The notes: generated by a model from the sequence alone, not told the origin. DNA of 29,500 nucleotides from Candidatus Methylomirabilia bacterium (GCA_041492755.1 JBGPXN010000047.1:1-29500); one strand, 5' to 3'. Positions 7,745 to 17,108 are shown, numbered from the stretch's first letter. A program made the numbers and translations.

Positions 7745-8878
7745 CTAGGCTAAATCCGCGTCCGCTCCGAGCGCCGGCTCCGCCGGCGCAGCCGTGGTCG
7801 TTGCTCCGCCGCTGGGGGGAATCGGGGGGAGCGGCGGTCGCTCCCCCCGATCCTCATTGATGAAGTCGATCAGGCGGCGAAGGCGGGCGTAGGACGTGCG
7901 GTTGAAGGGCAGGATTAGGCGCGGCAGCTCGGGGAATTCGTCCAGCTCCTGCGGCGCCGGACCGGCCGACTGATCGACCCGCCCCTTGAGGATGTCCTCG
8001 AAGCGCCGCTGGATCTCCGCGAGCTCGGCCTCGCTCAGCCGCCGCTGCAGGCGAAACACGAGATCCTCCCCCACGATGCGCGCGGAATGGAACACGCGGT
8101 AGAACTGCGTGATCTGCTCCACGGCCGCGTCCACGGTCTCCACGATCCGGTAGAACGCGGCGTCCTCGTGGTCGATGAAGCCGCGTTCCACCAGCGTCCC
8201 CTGCACCCAGCGGTCCCAGATCCGCCAGAACGGCTTGGGCCCCGCCTCCACGAGCACGACGGGGACGATCGTCGATTTCCCGGTCTGCATGAGCGTCAGC
8301 AGCTCGAACGTCTCGTCCATCGTGCCGAACCCGCCCGGGAAGAGCGCCACCGCGCTCGCCTCTTTCAGCAGGAACAGCTTGCGGGTGAAGAAGTACTTGA
8401 AGCTGACGAGCTTCGGGTCGGAGGCGATCCAGGGATTGGCCTCCTGCTCGAACGGCAGGCGGATGTTCAGACCGAAGCTCTTCTCCCCGCCCGCGCCCTC
8501 CTGGGCCGCCCCCATGATGCCGGCGCCCGCGCCGGTGACCACCATGAAGCCCGCCTCCACCATGCGCTGACCGAACTGGTGGGCGGCGTCGGCCGCCGCC
8601 TCCACCCGCGGCGTGCGCGCGGAGCCGAAGACGGTGACTTTGCGGACGTGTCGGTAGGGCGCGAAGACCTTGTAGCTGTAGCGCAGCTCCTTGAGGGCGG
8701 TGTTGGTGATCCGCAGATCAGGGGTCGAGGCGCCGTCTTCGTGGAGCTTCAGGGCGGTGGTGACGAGCTGCTGCAGGTACCCGCGCTTGTCGCGGGGCAC
8801 TCCGACCGCCTCCAGCAGGCTCAGGATCTGACGATTCGCGTCTTCGTTCTGGAGCTGATAACGACGGGATTCAGCCAC
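7745..8878 (-). CDS. LOG family nucleotide phosphoribohydrolase (long form)
   Basis: VTVFGSART, TGAGAGIMGA, FKYFFTRK and the PGGFGTMDE LOG motif. Confidence 0.88.
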   Translation of the reverse strand: MAESRRYQLQNEDANRQILSLLEAVGVPRDKRGYLQQLVTTALKLHEDGASTPDLRITNTALKELRYSYKVFAPYRHVRKVTVFGSARTPRVEAAADAAHQFGQRMVEAGFMVVTGAGAGIMGAAQEGAGGEKSFGLNIRLPFEQEANPWIASDPKLVSFKYFFTRKLFLLKEASAVALFPGGFGTMDETFELLTLMQTGKSTIVPVVLVEAGPKPFWRIWDRWVQGTLVERGFIDHEDAAFYRIVETVDAAVEQITQFYRVFHSARIVGEDLVFRLQRRLSEAELAEIQRRFEDILKGRVDQSAGPAPQELDEFPELPRLILPFNRTSYARLRRLIDFINEDRGERPPLPPIPPSGGATTTAAPAEPALGADADLA

Positions 8879-8884
8879 GAATCC

Positions 8885-8890
8885 AGTATA
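8885..8890 (-). promoter_or_regulatory. -10 element of a probable leaderless LOG-gene promoter
   Basis: TATACT lies 6 nt upstream of the GTG at 8878 and no SD is present. Confidence 0.55.
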
Positions 8891-8894
8891 CCGA

Positions 8895-9116
8895 TCAGGC
8901 CGGCCCCGGCCGCACAGTTGCGTAGAGACCCCCGAGCACGAGCACGCCGCCGGCCAGCGTGAACGGGCTGGCGGCGTCCCCCATGACGAGCACGCCGAGG
9001 CTGACGCCGACGACCGGCTGCACGTTCAGGAAGATCGCGGCGCGCGGCGCCGTCACCCGCTCCCGTCCCCGGTTCCAGGCGAGGTAGGCCAACGCCGTGA
9101 TGACCACGGCCAGGTA
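8895..9116 (-). pseudogene. C-terminal remnant of a DMT/EamA transporter
   Basis: YLAVVITALAYLAWNRG...AAIFLNVQPVVGVSLGVLVMGD...LAGGVLVLGGL matches the last helices of EamA proteins. Only about 74 codons remain and there is no RBS. Confidence 0.75.
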
Positions 9117-9128
9117 ATCATAGGCGAC

Positions 9129-9785
9129 TCACGCCAGCGTGTGCCGCACCATCCGGCTGTCGACCATGAAGATCACCATCTCCGCGATGTTGGTGGCGTG
9201 ATCGGCCACGCGCTCGAGGAAGCGCGAGATAAGAATGAGGCGGATGGCGCGGGGGATGGTCTTGGGATCCTCCATCATGAAGGTCAGCAGCTCGCGAAAG
9301 ATCTGCTCCTTGAGCGCGTCCACCTCGTCGTCGGCCGCGCACACGCGACGGGCGAGATCGGTATCGCGCGCGACGAAGGCGTCGAGGCTCTGCTTGACCA
9401 TGGTCTGGGCGCGCTCGGCCATCCGGGGCAGGTCGATATACGGCTTGACCTGCGCCTCCTGGTTCAGGTCGAGCACCCGCTGCGCGATGTTCACCGCCTG
9501 GTCGCCGATGCGCTCGAGGTCGGTGACGATCTTCATGGCGGTGGTGAGGAAGCGGAGGTCACCGGCCGCGGGCTGGTGCAGGGCCAGCAGCTCCACGCAC
9601 TTCTCGTCCACCTCGACGTCGTAGGTGTTGACCTCGCGGTCGCGCTCGATCACGGCGCGCGCCTCCACGTCGTCGCGCTCCACCAGCGCGCGCATGACGC
9701 GGCGGATCTGGTCCTCGACGAGGGCGCCCATGGCGAGCAGCGTTTGCTTGAGCGCTTCGAGCTCTTCGTGGAAGTGGCGTTGCAT
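9129..9785 (-). CDS. phoU: Phosphate signalling protein PhoU
   Basis: QPAAGDLR, DLERIGD and FLERVADHATNIAE motifs; follows pstB. Confidence 0.96.
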   Translation of the reverse strand: MQRHFHEELEALKQTLLAMGALVEDQIRRVMRALVERDDVEARAVIERDREVNTYDVEVDEKCVELLALHQPAAGDLRFLTTAMKIVTDLERIGDQAVNIAQRVLDLNQEAQVKPYIDLPRMAERAQTMVKQSLDAFVARDTDLARRVCAADDEVDALKEQIFRELLTFMMEDPKTIPRAIRLILISRFLERVADHATNIAEMVIFMVDSRMVRHTLA

Positions 9786-9794
9786 GGCCGTCTC

Positions 9795-10613
9795 CTACCC
9801 GAACCGCCCCGTGATGTAGTCCTCGGTCTTGCGGTTCTTCGGATTCGTGAAGAGCTCGCGGGTCACGCCGAACTCGACCAGCTCACCGAGCAGTAGAAAC
9901 CCAGTGTAGTCCGAGACCCGGGCCGCCTGCTGCATGTTGTGGGTCACGATGACGATGGTATAGCTGGCCTTCAGCTCCAGCATCAGCTCTTCGATCTTCG
10001 CCGTCGCGATGGGATCGAGGGCCGAGCACGGTTCGTCCATGAGCAGCACGTCGGGCTCCACCGCGACGGCCCGGGCGATGCACAGGCGCTGCTGCTGGCC
10101 GCCCGACAGCCCGAGCGCGCTGTCGGCGAGCCGGTCCTGCACCTCGTCCCACAGCGCGGCCGCGCGCAGGCTCCGCTCCACGATGCCGGCGAGATCCTCG
10201 CGATTGCGCACGCCGAGGATGCGGGGACCAAAGGCCACGTTCTCGAAGATCGACTTCGGAAACGGGTTCGATTTCTGAAAGACCATCCCGACCCGCTTGC
10301 GCAGCTCGGTCACGTCGACGCTGGCGTCGTGGACGTCGGTGCCGCCGATGCGGATACGGCCTTCGACCCTGACGCCGTCCACCAGGTCGTTCATCCGGTT
10401 CAGGCAGCGCAGGAGCGTGCTCTTGCCGCAGCCGGACGGGCCGATGTAGGCGGTGACGCGATGCTTGGGCACGGACATCGAGATGTCGCGGAGCGCCTGC
10501 TTGGTGCCGTACCAGAGCGAGAGGTGCTCGATCTCCACCATGGCAGATTCCAGGATGGCGGTGTCGGCGTCCATGCTCCTCAGACCGGCAACGACGGAGA
10601 CGTCGGGCGTCAT
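9795..10613 (-). CDS. pstB: Phosphate ABC transporter ATPase
   Basis: [34 protein letters not shown] and [13 protein letters not shown] at 10613 has an AGGAG SD. Confidence 0.96.
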   Translation of the reverse strand: MTPDVSVVAGLRSMDADTAILESAMVEIEHLSLWYGTKQALRDISMSVPKHRVTAYIGPSGCGKSTLLRCLNRMNDLVDGVRVEGRIRIGGTDVHDASVDVTELRKRVGMVFQKSNPFPKSIFENVAFGPRILGVRNREDLAGIVERSLRAAALWDEVQDRLADSALGLSGGQQQRLCIARAVAVEPDVLLMDEPCSALDPIATAKIEELMLELKASYTIVIVTHNMQQAARVSDYTGFLLLGELVEFGVTRELFTNPKNRKTEDYITGRFG

Positions 10614-10621
10614 GCGATCTC

Positions 10622-12220
10622 CTATACGGCCGCGCTCGCGTACCGACGGCGGAGTCGGTTCCGCAGCACGATGGCGAAGGCGTTCATCAAGACGACCAGG
10701 CCCAGCAGCAGCAGCGTGGTCGTGAACACCATGGGGCGGGCGGCGTCCACGTTGGGTGATTGAAAGCCGACGTCGAAGATGTGAAACCCCAGGTGCATGA
10801 ACTTGCGCTCGAGGTGGACGAACGGCCAGACGCCGTCGAGGGGGAGCGACGGCGCGAGCTTGACCACTCCCGTGATCATCAGCGGCGCGACCTCCCCGGC
10901 CGCGCGGGCCATGGCCAGGATCAACCCGGTCAGGATCGACGGCATGACGGCCGGCAGGACGACGCGGAGCGTGGTCTCCAGCTTCGTGGCCCCGAGCGCC
11001 AGCGCCGCCTCGCGCGCGCCGCCCGGGATGGCGGCCAGCCCCTCCTCGGTGGCGACGATCACGACGGGAATGGTGAGGAGGGCCAGGGTGAGGGACGCCC
11101 ACAGGATGCCGCCGGTGCCGAAGGTCGGGGTCGGCAGCGCCTCGGCGAAGAACACGCGGTCGATGGTGCCGCCCACGAAGTAGATGAAGAAGCCGACGCC
11201 GAACACGCCGAACACGATCGACGGAACACCGGCCAGGTTGTTGACGGCGATCCGTACCACGCTCACGAACGCCCCCTGGCGCGCGTACTCACGCAGGTAG
11301 AACGCGGCGAGCACGCCGAGCGGCGTCACCATGACCGACATGATCATCACCATCATGACGGTACCGAAGATGGCGGGGAACACCCCGCCCTCGGTGTTCG
11401 ATTCGCGGGGACTCGCAGCGACGAACTCCCAGACCCGGGCCGCGTAGTAGCCGCTCTTGGCAAGTAGTCCCATCCGGTTCGGGAAGGACACCCGCACGAT
11501 CTGGGACAGTGGCTGCTCTTTCTCCTTGCCGCCTTCGGCCACCACGACCAGGCTCGCCGTCTGCCGGCGACGCAACTCGGTCAGTCGTGCCTCCTGTTGA
11601 GCATACCGCGCCTGCAAGGCAGTCGCCTGCGCGCGCAGGGCGTCGATCTCGGCGCCGCCCGTCGTGCCGCGAAGCTCGAGGCGACGCATGGCCAGGCGAA
11701 TCCGCTCCTGCAGCCGGTTGATGGTCCCGATCTCGCCGGTTTCCACGCGCCGGATTTCCGCGCGCACGTGCGCCGCCTCGGCAAGCCGTGGGCGCGCCGC
11801 CTCCCACACCGCGGGCCCGGAGGCGACCACCCGGCCGTCTTCGCGCAGCTCCCGGATCGTTCCGATCAGGACGCCCCACTCCGTCCGCTCGACGGCCACC
11901 ACGTCGCGCGGCCGCTCCCGCGTGGTGATGCGACTCTCGTCCGCCCACACGAAATCGGCACCGACGAGGTCGCGATTGCCGACTTGCAGCTTGACGCGGT
12001 ACTGGCCGGGGCGCCCGGGGACGCTCTCGCGCTCGGCCACCTGGCCGGTGAGCGCGGAGCCGTCGCTCAGGGTCACACGCACGACCTCGGATGGCCAGAA
12101 GAAGCCAAGCGCGTTGACGAGGACGAGGCCGACCAGGCCCACCACCATGATGAGGGCGATGCCGAGCGCGCCCCCCGTGAGCCAGACGAACGGCTCGCCG
12201 CTGCGCCAGAGCGCCTTCAC
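10622..12220 (-). CDS. pstA: Phosphate ABC transporter permease PstA (long form)
   Basis: GTG at 12220 overlaps the pstC stop. Motifs [29 protein letters not shown] and [10 protein letters not shown]. Large N-terminal extracytoplasmic insert. Confidence 0.93.
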   Translation of the reverse strand: MKALWRSGEPFVWLTGGALGIALIMVVGLVGLVLVNALGFFWPSEVVRVTLSDGSALTGQVAERESVPGRPGQYRVKLQVGNRDLVGADFVWADESRITTRERPRDVVAVERTEWGVLIGTIRELREDGRVVASGPAVWEAARPRLAEAAHVRAEIRRVETGEIGTINRLQERIRLAMRRLELRGTTGGAEIDALRAQATALQARYAQQEARLTELRRRQTASLVVVAEGGKEKEQPLSQIVRVSFPNRMGLLAKSGYYAARVWEFVAASPRESNTEGGVFPAIFGTVMMVMIMSVMVTPLGVLAAFYLREYARQGAFVSVVRIAVNNLAGVPSIVFGVFGVGFFIYFVGGTIDRVFFAEALPTPTFGTGGILWASLTLALLTIPVVIVATEEGLAAIPGGAREAALALGATKLETTLRVVLPAVMPSILTGLILAMARAAGEVAPLMITGVVKLAPSLPLDGVWPFVHLERKFMHLGFHIFDVGFQSPNVDAARPMVFTTTLLLLGLVVLMNAFAIVLRNRLRRRYASAAV

Positions 12221-14493
12221 AGGTAGCGGTACCGGCGGCGAAGCCGCAGCCGCACGACCTCGGCCAGGGTGTTCACGATGAACGTGAGCGCGAACAGCAG
12301 CAAGGCGGCAAGGAACAGGACCCGGAAGAGCGTGCCGCCTTCGGGCGCCTCGGGCAGCTCGACGGCGACATTGGCGGAGAGCGCCCGGAAGCCGCTGAAG
12401 ATGTTCCAGTCCATGACCGGCGTGTTGCCCGTCGCCATGAGCACGATCATGGTCTCGCCCACCGCCCGGCCGAATCCGATCATGACCGCGGAGAAGATGC
12501 CCGGGCTGGCCGTGGGCAGCACGATGCGGAGCGCCGTCTGCCAGCGGTTGGCGCCGAGCGCGAGCGAGCCGGCGCGCAAGTGCTGGGGCACGTTGGCGAG
12601 CGAGTCCTCGGCGATCGTGAAGACGATCGGGATCACGGCGAAGCCCATGGCAATGCCGACCACGAGCGAGTTGCGCTGATCGTAGCCCAGACCGAGTGCC
12701 TGCAGCAGCCAGCCGCGATAGTCGCCGGCGAGCAGCCGCATCTCGACGAGCCCGCCCAGCGTGAAGGCCAGCCACGCGCCGAGCACGAGCACGGGTAGAA
12801 GCAGGAGCGCTTCGGTGCCCGGCCTGAACCAGCGGCGCGCGGCCGCGGGCAGCTGCCGCCACAGGAGCAAGGTGGCGAGGATGCAGGGCACCTCGACGAG
12901 CGGCAGCAGAAAGAGACCGGGCACGATCCGTTCCACCATCGGCGCCAGCCACAATCCGGCCAGGAAGCCGAGCACGACGCTGGGGAGCGCGGCCATGATC
13001 TCCACAACGGGCTTGACCCACGCCTTCACGGCCGGATGCATGAACTCGCTGACGTAGAGCGCGGCGAGCAGCGACAGGGGCACGGCGAGGAGCAAGGCGT
13101 AGAACGTACCCTTCAGCGTGCCGTAGAGCAGCGGCGTCAGGCTCAGCTTGGCCTCGAAGTCGTCGGTGCCGCCAGTCGACTGCCAGACCCAGGCCGGGGC
13201 CGAGTACCCCTCGTACCAGACCTTGCCGAACAGCGCCTGCAGCGTGATCTCCGGGTGGGAAATATCGAGGCGCCACTGGCTGATCCTGCCGCCGTCGTTC
13301 ACGGCGAGGATACCGTCGGCCTTCGGCGTCACGCTGACGGCGGCGATGTCGCTGCCGGGCGCGGTGAGCGTCAACAACGTCCGGCCCGTGGTGCCATATC
13401 CCACGCCGACGCCGCCGGCGGTATCCGCCGTGACGAAGCCCTTGTCCCGCGGCGAGGCGCCGATGGCGACGATCGCCCCTGCCTGCCGGGCGAACTGGTA
13501 GATCCGGGTGAGCCGCGGCGCACCCCCCTCGGCGGACGGAATCGTCTGCCAGGTGGAAACGTCGCCCCACTCGTCGCCGACGACGAGCGTGCGGTCGCCG
13601 TTGAGCAGACCGAGCGTCGTGATCGGCACCCCGGCGCGGCTGACCACGGCGGTGTCGGGCGCGGCGAGGCTCTCGTCGCGCATGTCGTAGCGGAGCAGAC
13701 GGCCGCGGGACGTCCCGAGATAGAGCTCCTCGCCCCGCTCGTCGAGAGCGAGCGCGGTGACCTTGCCTTCCATCGGGACCGTCAGCGCACGGACCACGCT
13801 CTCCTTGCGGCTGGGTCCGATCAGCGCCTTCTTCTCCACCACCCTGGCGATGATCAGGTCGAGCGGCCCGACCTGCGCCACCGTGATCGAGCCGGACGCC
13901 GGCGATGCCACCGCGAGGCCGCGGATGGCGCGCTTCTGGCCCGGGTCCAGCAGGATCGGCTCGCCGAAGGCCGCCTTCGAGCTGATCGTTCGCTTTCCGC
14001 CCTCGAAGCTCGCGTCGAAGGTCACGGCCAGTGGGATGACGCGCCCGTCCGACGTGGCGAGGTAGTGGTGGCCGCGGCCCGCTTCCACGACGCGCGTGAT
14101 CGTTGCGCCATCCAGCGCCGGCGGGCGGGTCAGCCCGAGCGTGCGACCGTCGTCGAGGGCGAGAAACCGGACGGCGCCGTCCGTGGCAACGGCGTAGGCG
14201 ATCTGTCGATACTCGTCCACGCCGACGCTGGCGCCGCGGGCGACGGCGCCGCCTTCGAACTGCCGGGCCGGCAACGGCGTCGCCGTCGCCGGCTTGAACA
14301 ACGGGTAGACCTCCGCCCCGATCACGAGGAGCATGGCCAGGATGGACGCGATGATGATGAGGCCGCCGAGGACAACGAGACGCGACGCCCAGCGGTCGAG
14401 GCCGACGCGCCGGGCCGTGCGGGCGCTCGTGGCGGCCAGCGGGCGGGCCGGGGTTGCCGGCCCGGCCCGCAGTGTGCCGGCTTGAACGGCCAT
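12217..14493 (-). CDS. pstC: Phosphate ABC transporter permease PstC (long form)
   Basis: KVWYEGY, KPVVEIMAALPSVVLGF and GRAVGETMIVLMATGN. About 380-aa beta-rich extracytoplasmic domain. Confidence 0.93.
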   Translation of the reverse strand: MAVQAGTLRAGPATPARPLAATSARTARRVGLDRWASRLVVLGGLIIIASILAMLLVIGAEVYPLFKPATATPLPARQFEGGAVARGASVGVDEYRQIAYAVATDGAVRFLALDDGRTLGLTRPPALDGATITRVVEAGRGHHYLATSDGRVIPLAVTFDASFEGGKRTISSKAAFGEPILLDPGQKRAIRGLAVASPASGSITVAQVGPLDLIIARVVEKKALIGPSRKESVVRALTVPMEGKVTALALDERGEELYLGTSRGRLLRYDMRDESLAAPDTAVVSRAGVPITTLGLLNGDRTLVVGDEWGDVSTWQTIPSAEGGAPRLTRIYQFARQAGAIVAIGASPRDKGFVTADTAGGVGVGYGTTGRTLLTLTAPGSDIAAVSVTPKADGILAVNDGGRISQWRLDISHPEITLQALFGKVWYEGYSAPAWVWQSTGGTDDFEAKLSLTPLLYGTLKGTFYALLLAVPLSLLAALYVSEFMHPAVKAWVKPVVEIMAALPSVVLGFLAGLWLAPMVERIVPGLFLLPLVEVPCILATLLLWRQLPAAARRWFRPGTEALLLLPVLVLGAWLAFTLGGLVEMRLLAGDYRGWLLQALGLGYDQRNSLVVGIAMGFAVIPIVFTIAEDSLANVPQHLRAGSLALGANRWQTALRIVLPTASPGIFSAVMIGFGRAVGETMIVLMATGNTPVMDWNIFSGFRALSANVAVELPEAPEGGTLFRVLFLAALLLFALTFIVNTLAEVVRLRLRRRYRYL

Positions 14494-14500
14494 TCCGTGC

Positions 14501-15469
14501 CTACTGGATCTTGTTCAGCTCTTCCCGCGCGACCGATCCGGGGATCGGGAAGTAGCCGTCCTTGATGACGTCCTGCTGGCCGTCGCGCGAGAGCACGAGC
14601 CGGACGAACTCGCGGGTCAACGGGTCGAGCGGCTTGCCGGGCGCCTTGTTGACGTAGACGTAGAGGAACCGCGAGAGCGGGTACGTCCCCGCATACGCGT
14701 TGTCAGCGGTCGCCTCGACACACTTACCTCCGTCCTTCTCCGACAGCGGCACGGCCCGAACCCCCGCGGTGGCGTACCCGATCCCGCTGTAACCGATGCC
14801 GAACCGGTCGACCGTGACGCCTTGCACCACCGAGGCCGAGCCAGGCTGTTCCTTCACCGCGTCCTTGAAGTCGCCGTTCTTCAGCGTGTGCTCCTTGAAG
14901 AACCCGTACGTCCCCGACGCCGAGTTGCGACCGTAAAGGCTCATTGGCCGGGCCGCCCAGTCGCCGGTGAGCCCCACCTGTCCCCAGGTCCTCATGTCCT
15001 CCTTGCCGCCCTGGCGCCGCGACTTCGAGAAGATAGCATCCACCTGCGGAATGCTCAGGCACTTGATCGGGTTGTCCTTGTTCACGAACACCGCGAGCGC
15101 GTCGACCGAGGTGCGAATCGGCATCGGCTTGTAGCCGTACTTCTTCTCGAACTGGTCGATCTCCGTGCCCTTCATCGGCCGCGACATCGGCCCGAGCTGG
15201 GCCGTCCCGGAGATCAGCGCCGGCGGCGCCGTCGAGGAGCCCTTGCCTTCGATCTGGACCTTGGCGTTCGGGTAGAACTTCGCGAAGTGCTCGGCCCAGT
15301 ACGTCATGAGGTTGTTGAGGGTGTCGGAGCCGATGCTGGAAATGTTGCCGCTCACGCCGCTGACGGCCTTGTACGGCGGCAGCTCAGGATCGACCTTGAC
15401 CTCGGCGTTCGCCGTCGCGGCCAGGGCCAGGGCCACGACTCCCGCGATGATCGTTCTCGCGCTCTTCAT
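14501..15469 (-). CDS. pstS: Phosphate-binding protein PstS
   Basis: Signal peptide, GSDTL, GKGSSTA, GRNSASGTY and YPLSRFLYVYVNK. GGGAGG SD. Confidence 0.95.
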   Translation of the reverse strand: MKSARTIIAGVVALALAATANAEVKVDPELPPYKAVSGVSGNISSIGSDTLNNLMTYWAEHFAKFYPNAKVQIEGKGSSTAPPALISGTAQLGPMSRPMKGTEIDQFEKKYGYKPMPIRTSVDALAVFVNKDNPIKCLSIPQVDAIFSKSRRQGGKEDMRTWGQVGLTGDWAARPMSLYGRNSASGTYGFFKEHTLKNGDFKDAVKEQPGSASVVQGVTVDRFGIGYSGIGYATAGVRAVPLSEKDGGKCVEATADNAYAGTYPLSRFLYVYVNKAPGKPLDPLTREFVRLVLSRDGQQDVIKDGYFPIPGSVAREELNKIQ

Positions 15470-15494
15470 GCAGTCCTCCCTTGTGTGCGTGCTG

Positions 15495-15548
15495 AGTGTC
15501 GGGGGTCGCTGTTTCGGTCGGATGACCGATCTGTTACGAATGTGTTAC
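15495..15548 (-). promoter_or_regulatory. Pho-box promoter of pstSCAB-phoU
   Basis: Minus-strand half-sites GTAAC (15548), GTAAC (15537), GTCAT (15526) and GAAAC (15515) at 11-bp period, then 10 nt, then GACACT (15500-15495). Confidence 0.8.
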
Positions 15549-15555
15549 GGCCTTC

Positions 15556-16004
15556 TCACGCCGGCTCGCGAAAGCGATAGCCGATCCCGCGAACCGTCTC
15601 GACCTCGGGGGATGCGACCTGCGCCTGCACGAACTTCGCGCGCAGGCGCGCGAGATGCACGTCCACCCTTCCTCCACCCGTCCCGTGACCATGATGACGG
15701 GGATGGCCCGGGTCTTCGCGTCCTGCTTGAGGCGGCGGCACACTTCCCAACCGTTGAGCTGGGGAACCATGATGTCGAGCAGCCCCGCGTCGACGCGGCC
15801 GTCGCGGGCATGCAGCAGGACGGCCGCGCCGGTGACGCCGACGACGACGTCGTCGCCGTCCCGGGAGAGGTGGTGACGGATCAGCTCGGCAACGTCCGGC
15901 TCGTCCTCGACCACGAGCACCCGGCCGCGCCGCGCCCCCGCTCGCGACAGCTCCGCTCCGCGACCTGCCGGCTCGACCCGGGTCTCCGACGGCGCCTTTG
16001 CCAC
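15556..16004 (-). pseudogene. PhoB/OmpR-family response regulator with internal deletion and frameshift
   Basis: The receiver N-terminal part (VLVVEDEPD...LLDIMVPQLNGWEVCRRLK...PVIMVTGRVEEG) is in ORF 15534..16004. The winged-helix tail (VDVHLARLRAK...ETVRGIGYRF) is in a different frame ending at 15556. Junction at about 15667. Confidence 0.85.
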
Positions 16005-16011
16005 GCCGCCG

Positions 16012-16065
16012 AGTGTCGGGGACGCGCGTTAACGCCAGATGACGGGGTGGTAAATCCTCGGTGAC
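16012..16065 (-). promoter_or_regulatory. Pho-box promoter of the degenerate phoB
   Basis: Half-sites GTCAC (16065), TTTAC (16054), GTCAT (16043) and TTAAC (16032) at 11-bp period, then 10 nt, GACACT (16017-16012), 7 nt and the GTG. Confidence 0.75.
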
Positions 16066-16070
16066 GGCCC

Positions 16071-16886
16071 TCAGGCCGGCTTGCGGGCACGCACGAAGGC
16101 GCTCATGAACTTGCCGTCCACCGCGGGCGCGATGGCGTCGACGTCGAGGCCCGCGCCGGTCAGGAACTCGCGCGCGTCCGCGGCGCGATAGACGCGCGTA
16201 GGCTCCACGTCGACATCCTCGAAGCCGGCCGCAGCGAGCTTCTGGCGGTAGTCCGCCTCGCTGAGCGCGCCGGCCACGCAGCCGATCCACAGCTCTACGC
16301 TTCGCCGCACGGCCGCCGGCACTTCGCCCCGCACGACGACGTCCGAGACCGCGAGGCGCCCGCCCGGCCGCAGGACCCGGAAGGCCTCCGCCAGGACCCG
16401 ATCCTTGTCGGCGGACAGGTTGATCACGCAGTTGGAGATGATCACGTCGACGCTGGCCTCGGGGAGCGGGATCTGCTCGATCTCACCCTTGAGGAACTCG
16501 ACGTTCGTGACACCCGCCTTCCGCTGGTTCTCCCGCGCGAGCGCGAGCATCTCGTCGGTCATGTCGAGCCCGTACGCCTTCCCGGTCGGCCCGACCCGAC
16601 GGGCCGACAGCAGCACGTCGATGCCGCCGCCCGAGCCGAGGTCCAGGACGACCTCGCCCGGAGCCAGCTGCGCAAGCGCGGTCGGATTGCCGCAGCCGAG
16701 CGACGCCGCCGTCGCCTCGGGCGGCAGGCCGGCCGTCTCCGTCGCGTCATAGAGCCCGGAGGTGATCGGGTCGCAAGCGCCAGCCGACGCCCTCGCGCCG
16801 CAGCATCCGCCGCCACCGGCGACCACCCGCAGCGCCGCCTCGCCGTACTTGTCCCGCACCACGTCCTTGATCGACCTGTCGGTCAT
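16071..16886 (-). CDS. arsM: Arsenite S-adenosylmethionine methyltransferase
   Basis: N-terminal CC, SLGCGNP, VLDLGSGGGID, ISNCVINLS and LWIGCVAGAL give the ArsM cysteine pattern. GGGAGG SD. Confidence 0.9.
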   Translation of the reverse strand: MTDRSIKDVVRDKYGEAALRVVAGGGGCCGARASAGACDPITSGLYDATETAGLPPEATAASLGCGNPTALAQLAPGEVVLDLGSGGGIDVLLSARRVGPTGKAYGLDMTDEMLALARENQRKAGVTNVEFLKGEIEQIPLPEASVDVIISNCVINLSADKDRVLAEAFRVLRPGGRLAVSDVVVRGEVPAAVRRSVELWIGCVAGALSEADYRQKLAAAGFEDVDVEPTRVYRAADAREFLTGAGLDVDAIAPAVDGKFMSAFVRARKPA

Positions 16887-16918
16887 GTCGAGCCTCCCTG
16901 GGTCAGGATGGTGAGGAG

Positions 16919-16948
16919 ACTGTATTCCACATTTCGAGATATTTCAAA
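16919..16948 (-). promoter_or_regulatory. arsM sigma70 promoter with an overlapping palindromic operator
   Basis: TTGAAA (16947-16942)-N17-TACAGT (16924-16919). Imperfect palindrome TTCGAGATATTTCAAA at 16933-16948 is 12/16 self-complementary. Confidence 0.65.
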
Positions 16949-17081
16949 CTATCAGTCCGCGGACCCTGACCGCGGGCGTGCCGGTCCCACGTCGATCCGC
17001 AGCGCGGCCGTGTGCGAGACCGGTGGACGCTTCCACGGGAATCATTCCAACCATGGCGTCCCCCCAACACGCCCCGGCACC

Positions 17082-17108
17082 GCCACAGTTCCGTAACTCT
17101 TTCGTAAT
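17082..17108 (+). promoter_or_regulatory. Pho-box-like direct repeats
   Basis: GCCAC (17082), GTAAC (17093) and GTAAT (17104) at 11-bp period. No -10 element at the expected distance. Confidence 0.5.

Noticed and set aside
7320..7753. Short ORFs on both strands sharing the peptide FDPWRTRPSA
   Set aside because: The shared peptide is a by-product of the inverted repeat, not evidence for genes.
9795..13570. 435-aa PstB and 982-aa PstA from the ORF track
   Set aside because: The extensions overlap upstream genes out of frame. SD and stop-start overlap evidence gives starts at 10613 and 12220.
16944..17054. Short minus-strand ORF MVGMIPVEAS... upstream of arsM as a possible arsR
   Set aside because: It is too short and has no HTH or Cys motif. 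It could be another remnant but cannot be assigned.
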